DNA from: Pirellula staleyi DSM 6068
Lineage (GTDB): Bacteria; Planctomycetota; Planctomycetia; Pirellulales; Pirellulaceae
Length of the DNA: 32,000 bases
Reading direction: 5' to 3'
Assembly (NCBI GenBank): GCA_000025185.1
Contig: CP001848.1
Coordinates: 4,290,001 to 4,322,000 of the forward strand
Shown here: positions 1-8,478 of the stretch, piece after piece
Position numbering within the stretch: the first letter of the stretch is position 1
How the letters are laid out: every line of letters starts with the position of its first letter
Position numbers and translations under genes: made by a program
The notes under the pieces: model-generated
Database searches by the model: none
Seen by the model: the letters and a program-made list of their open reading frames with translations, nothing else
What the model was told of the DNA's origin: nothing

Positions 1-261
1 TGGTGGTTGCTCGGGCATACCAAAACGCAAACGCAGGTCGACGATCGGAATGACCGTGCTGCGCAGGTTGATAAGACCTTTGATGAACACGGGTGTTTGT
101 GGCACGCGTGTTATTTCACCGAGCAAGATGATCTCTTGCACTTTGGTGATTTCGATTCCGTATTCCTCTTCATGCAGTCGGAAGCTGACCAGCTGCAGTG
201 TGGAAGTACCTTCGCCTACATGCTTTCCATGCGCAGGCTTCTCACGACTAAGCGTAGACAA
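1..261 (-). CDS. cheW: CheW-like chemotaxis coupling protein, first 87 codons only; the gene continues past the window start
   Basis: Not in the ORF track because it runs off the edge. Reverse-strand translation from TTG (261-259) gives MSTLSREKPAHGKHVGEGTSTLQLVSFRLHEEEYGIEITKVQEIILLGEITRVPQTPVFIKGLINLRSTVIPIVDLRLRFGMPEQPP, a typical CheW-domain N-terminus. AGGAG lies 7 nt upstream of the TTG. An in-frame TGA at 291-289 bounds the ORF upstream. Confidence 0.85.
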   Translation of the reverse strand, partial: MSTLSREKPAHGKHVGEGTSTLQLVSFRLHEEEYGIEITKVQEIILLGEITRVPQTPVFIKGLINLRSTVIPIVDLRLRFGMPEQPP

Positions 262-953
262 CGTGCGGCTCCTCAACGAAATGAGAACTCAGGGCCCAGA
301 GAAGTGATTAGTACCGTCAGTCGGAACGCGCGCAGCTTCGCAAGGTGAGTTGCGAGAGAGTGATCGCGTTCGTTGTCGGGATCTAGTTCAACGAATGAAA
401 GACGTGCGAGACGCTGACGCGGCGCGGTTGCCACGAAAGGTGGCGACGCACTGCGACATGCTCGCTGCGGATCACACGATTTGCTGCAGGCAGATGCAGA
501 AGAGAGGTGATCGCAAACTTCGTCGTTTCATTGACCCAACACTGGGGGCAGGAGGCGCTGTGATTCTGCAAGTCACGACAATCGACTGGCAGAGCAGCGT
601 TCTCGGTCGGGTACGAGCGTTTTCGGAAGTGCGCATCGCAAAACTTCACTGATCGGACGACTTTATCTAACTGTTTCAGATTCACGCCCTGCATCGTCGG
701 AAGCGTCGACGCTGCGCGTCAAAATCGGTTTAATCGGTTTCGTCCAAAGCGTTCAGAACGCCTCCGCTAGGGGAGTTACTACGGTTTACCGCCCGGTAGT
801 TATTTCGATTTGACTCCGCTTGCGCGAGTCCTACGTTTGGCTGTCCCGAAGATTTAATGGCGAATGTTGCGCTTGAAAAAGTTTTCAGTCACACGTTTGC
901 CAGCGGGATCAAGCGACAGCCACGGCGAACCACTCGCCTAGCCTTAAGAACCA

Positions 954-1331
954 ATGGGGAAGTTAACGATGAGCGCTCGTGTACTCGTTGCCGATGATTC
1001 CAGCACCATGCGGAAGATTATTCTTCGTTCGCTGCAAGCTGTCGGGGTTCCCTCGGCAGTGGAAGCGGGCGATGGCGAAGAAGCAGTTGCACTGTTTCAG
1101 CAGTCGACCTTCGATCTGGTGCTGACCGACTGGAATATGCCCAAGAAGAATGGTCTGGAAGTGATCCAGGAAATTCGCAAGCTCAACGCCACGGTGCCAA
1201 TCATCATGGTGACCACCGAAGCGGAAAAAACTCGCGTGCTGGAAGCCATCCAAGCTGGCGTTTCCGATTATCTGGTGAAACCTTTCACCGCCGATACGCT
1301 CCGTCAAAAGCTGGAAAAGTTCGGCTGCTAG
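954..1331 (+). CDS. cheY: Single-domain response regulator, CheY-like
   Basis: 125-aa ORF with receiver-domain hallmarks: acidic pocket VLVADDSS, phospho-acceptor context DLVLTDWNMP, MVTTEA and LVKPF. There is no output domain and it is divergent from cheW. An alternative ATG lies at 969. Confidence 0.9.
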   Translation: MGKLTMSARVLVADDSSTMRKIILRSLQAVGVPSAVEAGDGEEAVALFQQSTFDLVLTDWNMPKKNGLEVIQEIRKLNATVPIIMVTTEAEKTRVLEAIQAGVSDYLVKPFTADTLRQKLEKFGC

Positions 1332-1332
1332 T

Positions 1333-1353
1333 CGATTCGCAGCGTGAATCGAT
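1333..1353 (+). terminator. Hairpin just after the cheY stop codon
   Basis: Perfect 7-bp stem TCGATTC / GAATCGA with a 7-nt loop, starting 2 nt after the cheY stop. No U-run follows, so terminator function is uncertain. Confidence 0.3.
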
Positions 1354-1375
1354 GACTTCGAAAGCAGATTGGCTT

Positions 1376-1423
1376 AAAAAATAGTGCCAGGCGATGGCGG
1401 TGCCACGTGTACCGCTGATCGCC
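1376..1423 (-). terminator. Candidate rho-independent terminator of the 1424-2569 gene
   Basis: GC-rich interrupted stem GGCGAT-G-GCGGT / ACCGC-TG-ATCGCC (1390-1423) abuts the stop codon at 1424-1426. On the minus strand it is followed, after 8 nt, by a run of six U (A-run at 1376-1381 on the plus strand). Confidence 0.45.
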
Positions 1424-2569
1424 TTACGGCATTTCTTGAACGATCTCGAGCGCTGTGTCGGTTTGGCGATAGGTGAGCTTCAGCGGGCCGAGTGCCTCGC
1501 GAAGCAATTCTTCGAGCGTAACATCCTTCACTTGAAACGACACATTCTGCGCCAGTAGCTGGGCCACTTCAGCGTCGAAGACAAGCGTGAGCTTCAGCTG
1601 CGTGGCAATAGTTTTGGCTACAGCCCCGGCAGGCTGATTCTCAACAGTGAGTGTGTACCGTTTTTCGCCCGTCCGAACCTGAGTGCTGCGCACCTGTTCG
1701 CCGCGCACCAAACGGTTGATCGTCTCGTGGTCTTCGAAACGGGCGACCACGCGCACTTCGTCACTCGTAGGGGTGATGGTCGCTTCGGGAAACATGCGGC
1801 GCAGATCGGCGGCGAGTTTTCCTCCGCGACCTTTGGCAGCATAGGTGTGGTCGTAAGTGGGATTGTCGGGCAGGGGAGTGACCCGCGCGAGCAGACCATC
1901 TTTCGAGATCTCGATCTGCCTATCGAACTGCGCGAGGATCAGCGACAGTTGATCGACCACCGGCATCGCGGGGAGCGAAGCGTCGCGCCAAACATCGTGC
2001 GGAATCGCTTCGGGGTTGAGCAGCTTCGCGCCAGTACTGGTGACAAGTGTGGTCACAAGCTCGCGCGGAATGGTCAGACGCGGATAGCTGCCAGGGGTGC
2101 TCTTGAGCCAGGCCGCTTTCGGACCAGCGGGAAGCAGCTGCGCATCGCGCCGCCGCAGTGCGGCTACGGTGGGAAGTTTTTTCGCAGTATCAAACGGCCC
2201 GAAGTAGATCGTGTTGGCCACAACCGCTTTCTCGGCTTGGGCTCGCTGAGCGATCGATTCCAGCACACTTTGCAGCGGCAGGTTCTGCTGCGTCAATGTG
2301 ATCTCCTGCGTCGGGTCGATCCGTCGGTCGAGCAAGATCGCAATTCCATGCACCTGTGAAAAGCGAGCGAGGCCACCACCCAGAGGCGTTTTGTCCCACG
2401 TAATGCCAGCCTCTTGCTCGAGAGATTTCCGTAATTCGCTCCCCACCTTGTAGTCGGGTGGCGAGGGCTCGGCGGCCCGGGGCTCTTGAGAAACAGCTGC
2501 CACGGGAGTGAACCACGGCACAGCCGCTGCCGTAAGGAAAATCGTTACAAGGGCTGTCCACTGGTACAT
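1424..2569 (-). CDS. Secreted hypothetical protein (381 aa)
   Basis: Long ORF with an N-terminal signal peptide (MYQWTALVTIFLTAAAVPWFTPVAAVSQ). Two segments resemble secretin/TonB short N-terminal (STN)-type modules (ITLTQQNLPLQSVLESIAQRAQ; VSFQVKDVTLEELLREALGPLKLTY). No catalytic motif recognised. Confidence 0.7.
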   Translation of the reverse strand: MYQWTALVTIFLTAAAVPWFTPVAAVSQEPRAAEPSPPDYKVGSELRKSLEQEAGITWDKTPLGGGLARFSQVHGIAILLDRRIDPTQEITLTQQNLPLQSVLESIAQRAQAEKAVVANTIYFGPFDTAKKLPTVAALRRRDAQLLPAGPKAAWLKSTPGSYPRLTIPRELVTTLVTSTGAKLLNPEAIPHDVWRDASLPAMPVVDQLSLILAQFDRQIEISKDGLLARVTPLPDNPTYDHTYAAKGRGGKLAADLRRMFPEATITPTSDEVRVVARFEDHETINRLVRGEQVRSTQVRTGEKRYTLTVENQPAGAVAKTIATQLKLTLVFDAEVAQLLAQNVSFQVKDVTLEELLREALGPLKLTYRQTDTALEIVQEMP

Positions 2570-2771
2570 TTGCGACCTTTCGCAGTCTTTGCCACAACAC
2601 TCTCCGCATTATTCCATCTTTGCTAAGTGACGCTAGCTCATTGCGTGAAGAAGATGGTCGGCTAGGGCTCGCCGGCAAGTTGTGGTCTTTGTAATCGCCA
2701 ATTAAACTCAAGTTCTGGATTTGCTCGAGGTCGCTCCCCTGACGGCTCGAGCAAGCCTCCTTCCTTTAGCG

Positions 2772-3449
2772 ATGGTGGAGCCCCCCGCCGTGAGTTCAGC
2801 AACCAAGCGTCCTGCCCTCGAAACGCTTTATCACCACTATCTCGAGTCGGAGAATTCCGCGGAGTTCATTCGCTCGGTCTCTTCCCGCTACATGCTCTGC
2901 ACGCTCGAGCGTCTGGCCCGCTATGGTGACCATGTTTCGAAGCGGGCTGCGGTGATGTCGCTCGGGTATCTCGGAGATTTTCGGCACAATGCGACCCTGG
3001 GCCGGGCGTTGCACGACCGGGATCGGGCGGTGCGACTACTGGCCGACAATGGTATTCGGCAATTGTGGTTTCGCGACGGAAACACGTCGCAGCGGCAACG
3101 GCTCGAGATCGTTTCGCATCTGAATGCGTCGAATCATCATCAGGCGGCTTACCGGGCAGCGAGCGAACTGATTGAAGAAGCTCCTTGGCTCGCCGAGACC
3201 TGGAATCAGCGCGGCATCGCTTTGTTTGGCCAAGAGCGTTTTGAAGATGCGGCCAACGATTGCCACCAAACACTCGAACTGAATCCGTATCACTTCGGTG
3301 CCGCAGTCGGAATGGCCCACTGCTATCTGGAAATGGAAGATCCACTCGCCGCGCTCGAATGTTTTCGCCGGGCAGTGAAGCTCAATCCGGATCTCGAAGA
3401 AGTCCGGGCTCAAATCGATTATCTCGAGCGTTCTCTCGAAGAACGATAG
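2772..3449 (+). CDS. HEAT-repeat / TPR-repeat protein
   Basis: The ORF track opens at TTG 2721; the first ATG is 2772 (MVEPPAV...). HEAT-like segment AAVMSLGYLGDFRHNATLGRALHDRDRAVRLLA. TPR-like segments AETWNQRGIALFGQERFEDAANDCHQTLELNP and AAVGMAHCYLEMEDPLAALECFRRAVKLNPD. Start codon uncertain. Confidence 0.75.
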   Translation: MVEPPAVSSATKRPALETLYHHYLESENSAEFIRSVSSRYMLCTLERLARYGDHVSKRAAVMSLGYLGDFRHNATLGRALHDRDRAVRLLADNGIRQLWFRDGNTSQRQRLEIVSHLNASNHHQAAYRAASELIEEAPWLAETWNQRGIALFGQERFEDAANDCHQTLELNPYHFGAAVGMAHCYLEMEDPLAALECFRRAVKLNPDLEEVRAQIDYLERSLEER

Positions 3450-3462
3450 ATCTTCGAGAGAA
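3431..3462. terminator. Perfect 11-bp hairpin between convergent genes, spanning the stop codon of the HEAT/TPR gene
   Basis: TTCTCTCGAAG (3431-3441) and CTTCGAGAGAA (3452-3462) are exact reverse complements around a 10-nt loop that contains the TAG at 3447-3449. The convergent DUF1573 gene stops at 3479. No U-run on either side. Confidence 0.4.
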
Positions 3463-3478
3463 GAGCACGCTGCGAGAA

Positions 3479-4504
3479 CTACTCGACTCGCACACTCACC
3501 GGTTCGGTCGCCTCGCTCAGCTTAACGGTGCCACGTACTTCGCAAGTCGTGCTGGCACCCATGCCGAGATCGGTTTCGATTGCCAGTTCAGCGACGAAAT
3601 CACCTCCATCGGCACCGGCAGTAAAGGTGACTGGCACAAGGTGAACTGTCTTCGACTGATCGCTCGGCTTGAACGTGAAGCCTTCGTGGTTGGCTTTGAT
3701 GTTGAGGATGCGGAACGCCGATTTTGCCCGAATTACGAGCTGCTTTGTCACCGATTCACCAGGAGCCACGACACCGACAAACAGGTTGGCGGGGCTGACT
3801 GTCAGCGGCGAAACGATGCGACCCTCCACCGACAGTGGAATCGGTTGCATGCTCTTGTCGGCGGGAACGATGGTGAGCGTTTCGTTGAGGTAGCCTGGTG
3901 GGCAGGTGTTCTTCAGGCGGACCAGCATTTTGCAGGTCACGCCGGTTTGCGTACGCATGGCGTCGCCGAGTTCCACTTCAAAGTGCGAATTGGCCGAACG
4001 AACGTCAGCAATTTGCACGTTGCTACGACCATGGAAGTTGATGGCAACTTCACGCGAAAGCACAGTTCCCTGTTCGACATCGCCAAACGCCACGCTGCCA
4101 GGGGTGAAGTCGACATCCGAATGGATGTAGCCGTTCACGTTCAGCTGAACTTCGGCATAGTAAGGCTTATCGATCACCACGGTGAGCGTCGCCTGGCGCT
4201 GCCCGGTGAAGCTCTTCGTGTTGAAGATGGCGATGATGGCACCTTTTTCCCAAGTCTTCAGCGTCGATTTTCCACCAGCGATGCTGGCACTAGTGCAGCC
4301 GCAACTGGTGCGCACATCGACAATGTGCACATCCTCTTCGTAGAGGTTTTGAATCTCGAAAGCGAATTCTGTTTTGGCACCGCGAGCCACATGGCCAAAT
4401 TCGTGGCTGGTGATCTTAAACATCTTCTGCGCCCACTCTTTGGCGAAGCACGGCGAGGCGCTGGCCAAAAGTACGAGGAGCGTGAAGCTCAAGCTGCGGA
4501 TCAT
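3479..4504 (-). CDS. DUF1573 domain-containing secreted protein
   Basis: The ORF track extends to 4600, but the signal peptide begins at the ATG at 4504 (MIRSLSFTLLVLLASASPCFA), preceded by GGAGA. DUF1573 signature HEFGHVARGAKTEFAFEIQN...VRTSCGCTSA, followed by further beta-rich repeats. Confidence 0.85.
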   Translation of the reverse strand: MIRSLSFTLLVLLASASPCFAKEWAQKMFKITSHEFGHVARGAKTEFAFEIQNLYEEDVHIVDVRTSCGCTSASIAGGKSTLKTWEKGAIIAIFNTKSFTGQRQATLTVVIDKPYYAEVQLNVNGYIHSDVDFTPGSVAFGDVEQGTVLSREVAINFHGRSNVQIADVRSANSHFEVELGDAMRTQTGVTCKMLVRLKNTCPPGYLNETLTIVPADKSMQPIPLSVEGRIVSPLTVSPANLFVGVVAPGESVTKQLVIRAKSAFRILNIKANHEGFTFKPSDQSKTVHLVPVTFTAGADGGDFVAELAIETDLGMGASTTCEVRGTVKLSEATEPVSVRVE

Positions 4505-5030
4505 AGAATCTCCCCCCGAGAAGCAGCGCCACGTCCTTACACAAGTCGTTAGACGCTGCCAACTGGTGCGTGGAACACCGGAATCCTCTGTGTCCGTCAC
4601 AAACTCGCCCGTTTACGAGCCTGCGTTTCCGGCAGCCACTCGATTGACCGTTCTGGGTCGAAACAGCCAATCGACGGTGCGAATCTGAAACAAACCAATA
4701 GTCGTGACCATCTAAATGGGTACGACCTTGGTAACACTCACGATCCACACCAATGATTTATTCGGTCGCCAGAGAGCAAAACGCCAAGATTTTCCGCCAC
4801 AGGTGTGAGTCTGGTGAGGCTCTTTTGATTGTAGGAGCGGTAGCGGTACAGAGTCCACTGCTAGCGTCGAAAAGTGAGTGCAGTCGGGAAATGGTTCCTT
4901 TCGACCGCTCGAAGCTGTAGGATGTGGGACACCGGACGACTGTACCTAACGGACGTAAGTAACGACCAGGAAGCAACCTAGGGTAAATTGCTCGAGGCTA
5001 ACGAAGCCACAGCATCCAAGGAAATACGAC

Positions 5031-7379
5031 ATGATGGCACGCGAATTTTGGCTTCGATTCTCCGCACTTTCGGTCGCTGGCTTGATGGCGCTGACAGGCT
5101 GTGCCGGGCAGCCCGCATCAACCACCCCGATCCCAACTGCAGCCCTTGCGACCGAAGCGCCGGCAGAAAAACCATCGGAGTCGACTGATGTGAATTCGGC
5201 CGAATCGGCACCAGCGAGCGAAAACAGCGAGCCAGATTCCCCCGCACCCGCTGAGTCACCAGCCTCGAGCCCCGCCGAGCCTGCTAGCGAATCACAGCCG
5301 ACCGAGGCACCTGCTGAAGAGGCCAAAGAGCCAGCGCCGGAAGTTGCTGCCGAAGATGCCCCCAAAGCAGAAGAGCCCGAGATCGCGCATCCCTTTCCCC
5401 GCCGCTTCGACCTCCCCGACTTTCCCAAAGACATGGAGTGGATCAACACCGGCGCTCTGAGCAAGCGAGACATCAAAGGGAAGTTCGTACTCCTCGACTT
5501 CTGGACCTACTGCTGCATTAACTGCATGCACGTCCTCCCCGAACTCAAGAAGCTCGAGAAGAAGTACCCCAACGAACTGGTTGTGATCGGAGTTCACTCC
5601 GCCAAGTTTGATACCGAGAAGGACGCTGCCAACATCCGCTCCGCTGTGCTGCGCTACGAAGTCGAACATCCCGTGGTGAACGACGCCGAACACGAGATTT
5701 GGAACATGTGCGGTGTAAGTAGCTGGCCTACGGTGCTGCTGGTCGATCCCGAAGGCTTTGCCGTGTGGGGACGTGCTGGAGAATTCAAGTTCGAAGAAGT
5801 GCAAGCGGTAATCGAACGCGCTAAGCCCTACTACATCGCCAAAAAACTGCTCGACGAAAAGCCGATCAAGTTCCCGCTGGAATCGGAGAAAGAAGCTCCT
5901 ACTCCACTTCGATTTCCCGGCAAGATTCTCGCTGATGCCGCAGGTCAGCGCCTTTTCATCTCCGACAGCAACCATAACCGCATCGTAATTACGTCGCTCG
6001 ACGGCAAGCTGATCGAAACCATTGGCAGCGGCGTGATTGGTAAAGCGGATGGAAGTTTTGCTGAGGCCTCGTTCGACCATCCTCAAGGTTGCGCGCTCGA
6101 TGGCGAAACTCTCTACGTCGCTGATACCGAAAACCATTTGCTCCGCAAAATCGACCTGACGAAAAAAACGGTCACCACCATCGCGGGTACCGGAAAACAA
6201 GCTGAAAGTGCCTGGCCTGGAATTGAAGAGGTGCGGCTTACAGCAGAGGTTCCCGAGCGCTGGGTTGGTCCACCGAAAACGACTGGAATCAATAGCCCCT
6301 GGGCGCTTTGGGTCCACGAAAAAAATCTCTACATCGCGATGGCTGGCCCGCATCAGATTTGGAAGATGCCGCTCGATGAATCGGAAATTGGACCCTACGC
6401 AGGGAATGGCCGCGAAGATATTGTCGACGGTCCCCTGATCCCAAAAGTTCCGTACACCGAAGGCTTCTCCTCGTTTGCACAGCCGAGCGGACTTTCGAGC
6501 GATGGCGAGTGGCTTTTCGTGGCCGATAGCGAAGGGAGCTCAATCCGCGCTGTCCCGTTTGATCCCACCAAAGAAGTTCGCACGATCGTTGGCACCAGTG
6601 AACTCCCCGGGGGACGTCTCTTCGATTTCGGCGATGTCGACGGCCCTCGCGAACGTGCCAAACTTCAGCACGCGCTCGAGGTGGTTTATAGCGAGGGGAA
6701 AATCTACGTCGCTGACACCTACAACAACAAAATCAAACTCGTAGATGCCAAGACAGGCGAAGTGAAAACGATCGCTGGCAGCGGCAGTCCCGGGACCAGC
6801 GACGACCCGGCAACATTCGACGAACCAGCAGGTCTCGCGCTCGTCGGTGAAACGTTGTACGTCGCCGATACCAATAACCATCTGATTCGCAAAGTCGATG
6901 TCGCCACCGGGAAGACGTCGACACTCACGATCGAAGGTCTTACGCCACCTCAGAAACCGGTCGCCGCCAAAACGCCTGACTTCAGTTCCGCCAAGGTTGA
7001 AAAACTAGAAACGGTGACACTGAAGCCGGTGGATGGCAAAGTGACGTTGCAAGTGAAGCTCGTACTTCCAGAAGGTTGGAAGACGAACCCGCTGGCACCG
7101 ATGTCGTACTACGTCGATCTCGCTGGCGAATCTGGCCCTGTTAGTCGTGCGGCTGCTGGCAAAAAGAAACTCGCCGCGCCAACTTCGACCTTCGCTGTCG
7201 AACTTCCAGTGACCAGCGATGGCACCGACGAAGTGACAATCTCGCTGAACTACTATTACTGCGAGAAGTCCGACGAAGGGGTTTGCAAAATCGGTTCCGT
7301 GGTTTTCAAAGTTCCACTGAAACTGGATGCTGCTGCGGAGAGCGCTTCGGCCGAACTATCGCACGCTGCTGCCGAGTAG
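5031..7379 (+). CDS. Thioredoxin-like + NHL-repeat lipoprotein (NHLRC2-like architecture)
   Basis: Lipoprotein signal MMAREFWLRFSALSVAGLMALTGC. About 100-aa acidic Pro/Glu/Ala-rich linker. Redoxin-type domain FVLLDFWTYCCINCMHVLPELKKLEKKY...VIGVHSAKF. Repeated NHL units (FDHPQGCALDGETLYVADTENHLLRKIDL, FDEPAGLALVGETLYVADTNNHLIRKVDV), then a C-terminal beta-rich domain. Confidence 0.9.
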   Translation: MMAREFWLRFSALSVAGLMALTGCAGQPASTTPIPTAALATEAPAEKPSESTDVNSAESAPASENSEPDSPAPAESPASSPAEPASESQPTEAPAEEAKEPAPEVAAEDAPKAEEPEIAHPFPRRFDLPDFPKDMEWINTGALSKRDIKGKFVLLDFWTYCCINCMHVLPELKKLEKKYPNELVVIGVHSAKFDTEKDAANIRSAVLRYEVEHPVVNDAEHEIWNMCGVSSWPTVLLVDPEGFAVWGRAGEFKFEEVQAVIERAKPYYIAKKLLDEKPIKFPLESEKEAPTPLRFPGKILADAAGQRLFISDSNHNRIVITSLDGKLIETIGSGVIGKADGSFAEASFDHPQGCALDGETLYVADTENHLLRKIDLTKKTVTTIAGTGKQAESAWPGIEEVRLTAEVPERWVGPPKTTGINSPWALWVHEKNLYIAMAGPHQIWKMPLDESEIGPYAGNGREDIVDGPLIPKVPYTEGFSSFAQPSGLSSDGEWLFVADSEGSSIRAVPFDPTKEVRTIVGTSELPGGRLFDFGDVDGPRERAKLQHALEVVYSEGKIYVADTYNNKIKLVDAKTGEVKTIAGSGSPGTSDDPATFDEPAGLALVGETLYVADTNNHLIRKVDVATGKTSTLTIEGLTPPQKPVAAKTPDFSSAKVEKLETVTLKPVDGKVTLQVKLVLPEGWKTNPLAPMSYYVDLAGESGPVSRAAAGKKKLAAPTSTFAVELPVTSDGTDEVTISLNYYYCEKSDEGVCKIGSVVFKVPLKLDAAAESASAELSHAAAE

Positions 7380-7436
7380 AAGGGGCTCCCCTTTGAGTTG
7401 CTAGAACTGCCCGACATTCGAGAGTAGCATAGGATG

Positions 7437-7480
7437 GTGCTCGCCTGTTTTTTAAGACTCGCAGGCGAGCACTCTTTTCT
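7437..7480 (+). terminator. Rho-independent terminator after the thioredoxin-NHL gene
   Basis: Perfect 11-bp GC-rich stem GTGCTCGCCTG (7437-7447) / CAGGCGAGCAC (7462-7472) with a 14-nt loop, followed by the T-rich TCTTTTCT. It lies 58 nt after the stop at 7379. Confidence 0.6.
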
Positions 7481-7521
7481 CCTGTCGGCCCAAGCTCATT
7501 CCGACGAAAGGCAGTTCGCTC

Positions 7522-8478
7522 GTGGTCGATGTTAGTGCATTTGCGAAGCGGCTGATCGGCAATGTCGAGCGAGCGATCGTCGGTAAACGTCCGCAGTTGA
7601 TTCTTTCGCTCGTGGCGTGGCTGACCGAGGGGCATCTGCTGCTCGAAGATGTCCCCGGTGTTGCCAAAACGATGCTCGCCCGCGCGCTGGCCAAAAGTGT
7701 TGGCTGCACGTTCAAGCGAGTGCAATGCACGCCCGATCTCTTGCCGGGAGATGTCACCGGATCTTCGATTTTTAACCAGAAAACAGCCGAGTTCGAGTTT
7801 CGTCCCGGACCACTTTTTGCGCAAGTTGTGCTGGCCGACGAAATCAATCGAACCACGCCGCGCACTCAAGCTGCGTTGCTGGAAGCGATGGCCGAGAGTC
7901 GCGTCACGGTCGACGGAACCTCCCACAAACTAGGTCCTCCCTTCCTGGTGATCGCGACCCAAAATCCAGTCGATCAAGAGGGAACCTTTCCGCTCCCTGA
8001 AGCGCAGCTCGATCGCTTCATGTTGCGGCTGAGTCTCGGTTATCCGACGCTCGAAGAAGAGCTCAAAATGCTCGAACTTCAACAGCATCAACATCCGATC
8101 GATAGCATCGAGCCAGTGGTGTCGTCAGCCGAGTTGATCGCTTGTCAGCAAGCGGTTCGCAAGGTGCATGTCGACGACAAAATTCGGCGTTACTTGATGC
8201 AAATCGTTCACGACACCCGCGGCCACGACGAAATCGCACTCGGAGGAAGCCCGCGCGCATCGATTGCCATGTTTCGCGCAGCACAGGCGATGGCGGCACT
8301 GCGAGGGCGTGCTTTTGTGCTTCCCGATGATGTTAAACGGGTGGTGACCCCGGTCCTCGGACATCGCGTGATTCTGAAGCCAGAAAGTCGTTTGCGTAAA
8401 GTCACCACTAGTGCCGTGCTCGACGACATTGTGGCCGACATTGCTGTGCCAACCATTCCCGAAGGTGCGACGGCATGA
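7522..8478 (+). CDS. MoxR-family AAA+ ATPase
   Basis: 318 aa with a GTG start. Walker A context LLEDVPGVAKTMLARALA, Walker B VVLADEINRTTP, sensor ATQNPVDQEGTFPLPEAQLDRF. Length and C-terminal lid are typical of MoxR. Confidence 0.92.
   Translation: MVDVSAFAKRLIGNVERAIVGKRPQLILSLVAWLTEGHLLLEDVPGVAKTMLARALAKSVGCTFKRVQCTPDLLPGDVTGSSIFNQKTAEFEFRPGPLFAQVVLADEINRTTPRTQAALLEAMAESRVTVDGTSHKLGPPFLVIATQNPVDQEGTFPLPEAQLDRFMLRLSLGYPTLEEELKMLELQQHQHPIDSIEPVVSSAELIACQQAVRKVHVDDKIRRYLMQIVHDTRGHDEIALGGSPRASIAMFRAAQAMAALRGRAFVLPDDVKRVVTPVLGHRVILKPESRLRKVTTSAVLDDIVADIAVPTIPEGATA

Noticed and set aside
7-348. 113-aa plus-strand ORF at the window start
   Set aside because: It is the antisense shadow of the clearly recognisable CheW reading frame on the minus strand. 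Its sequence is not protein-like and has no motif.
725-737. 13-mer TCGGTTTAATCGG shared between the cheW/cheY intergenic region and the nanA/sensor intergenic region (30817-30829)
   Set aside because: By my rough estimate, about 15 identical 13-mer pairs are expected by chance within a 32-kb window counting both strands. There is no extended similarity around either copy.
858-870. TGGCGAATGTTGC upstream of cheY, considered as a sigma-54 (-24/-12) promoter
   Set aside because: The GG to GC spacing is 10 nt rather than the required 12, and the flanking consensus bases are missing.
3260-4552. 430-aa plus-strand ORF
   Set aside because: It lies entirely antisense to the DUF1573 gene, which has a signal peptide and family motifs. 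Its composition is Arg/Gly/His-rich and it overlaps the 3' end of the HEAT/TPR gene out of frame.
4969-4982. GGAAGCAACCTAGG, which resembles the GGAAGCAGCCAAGG segment of SRP (4.5S) RNA domain IV
   Set aside because: There is no preceding GNRA tetraloop and no complementary 5' strand (xAGGxCC) to form helix 8. The similarity is limited to 12 of 14 nt.
5292-6353. 353-aa minus-strand ORF (and the 176-aa ORF at 4946-5476)
   Set aside because: Both are antisense shadows of the thioredoxin-NHL gene. The 176-aa ORF is the Ser/Ala/Gly-rich mirror of the acidic Pro/Glu linker. Neither has a motif or start context.
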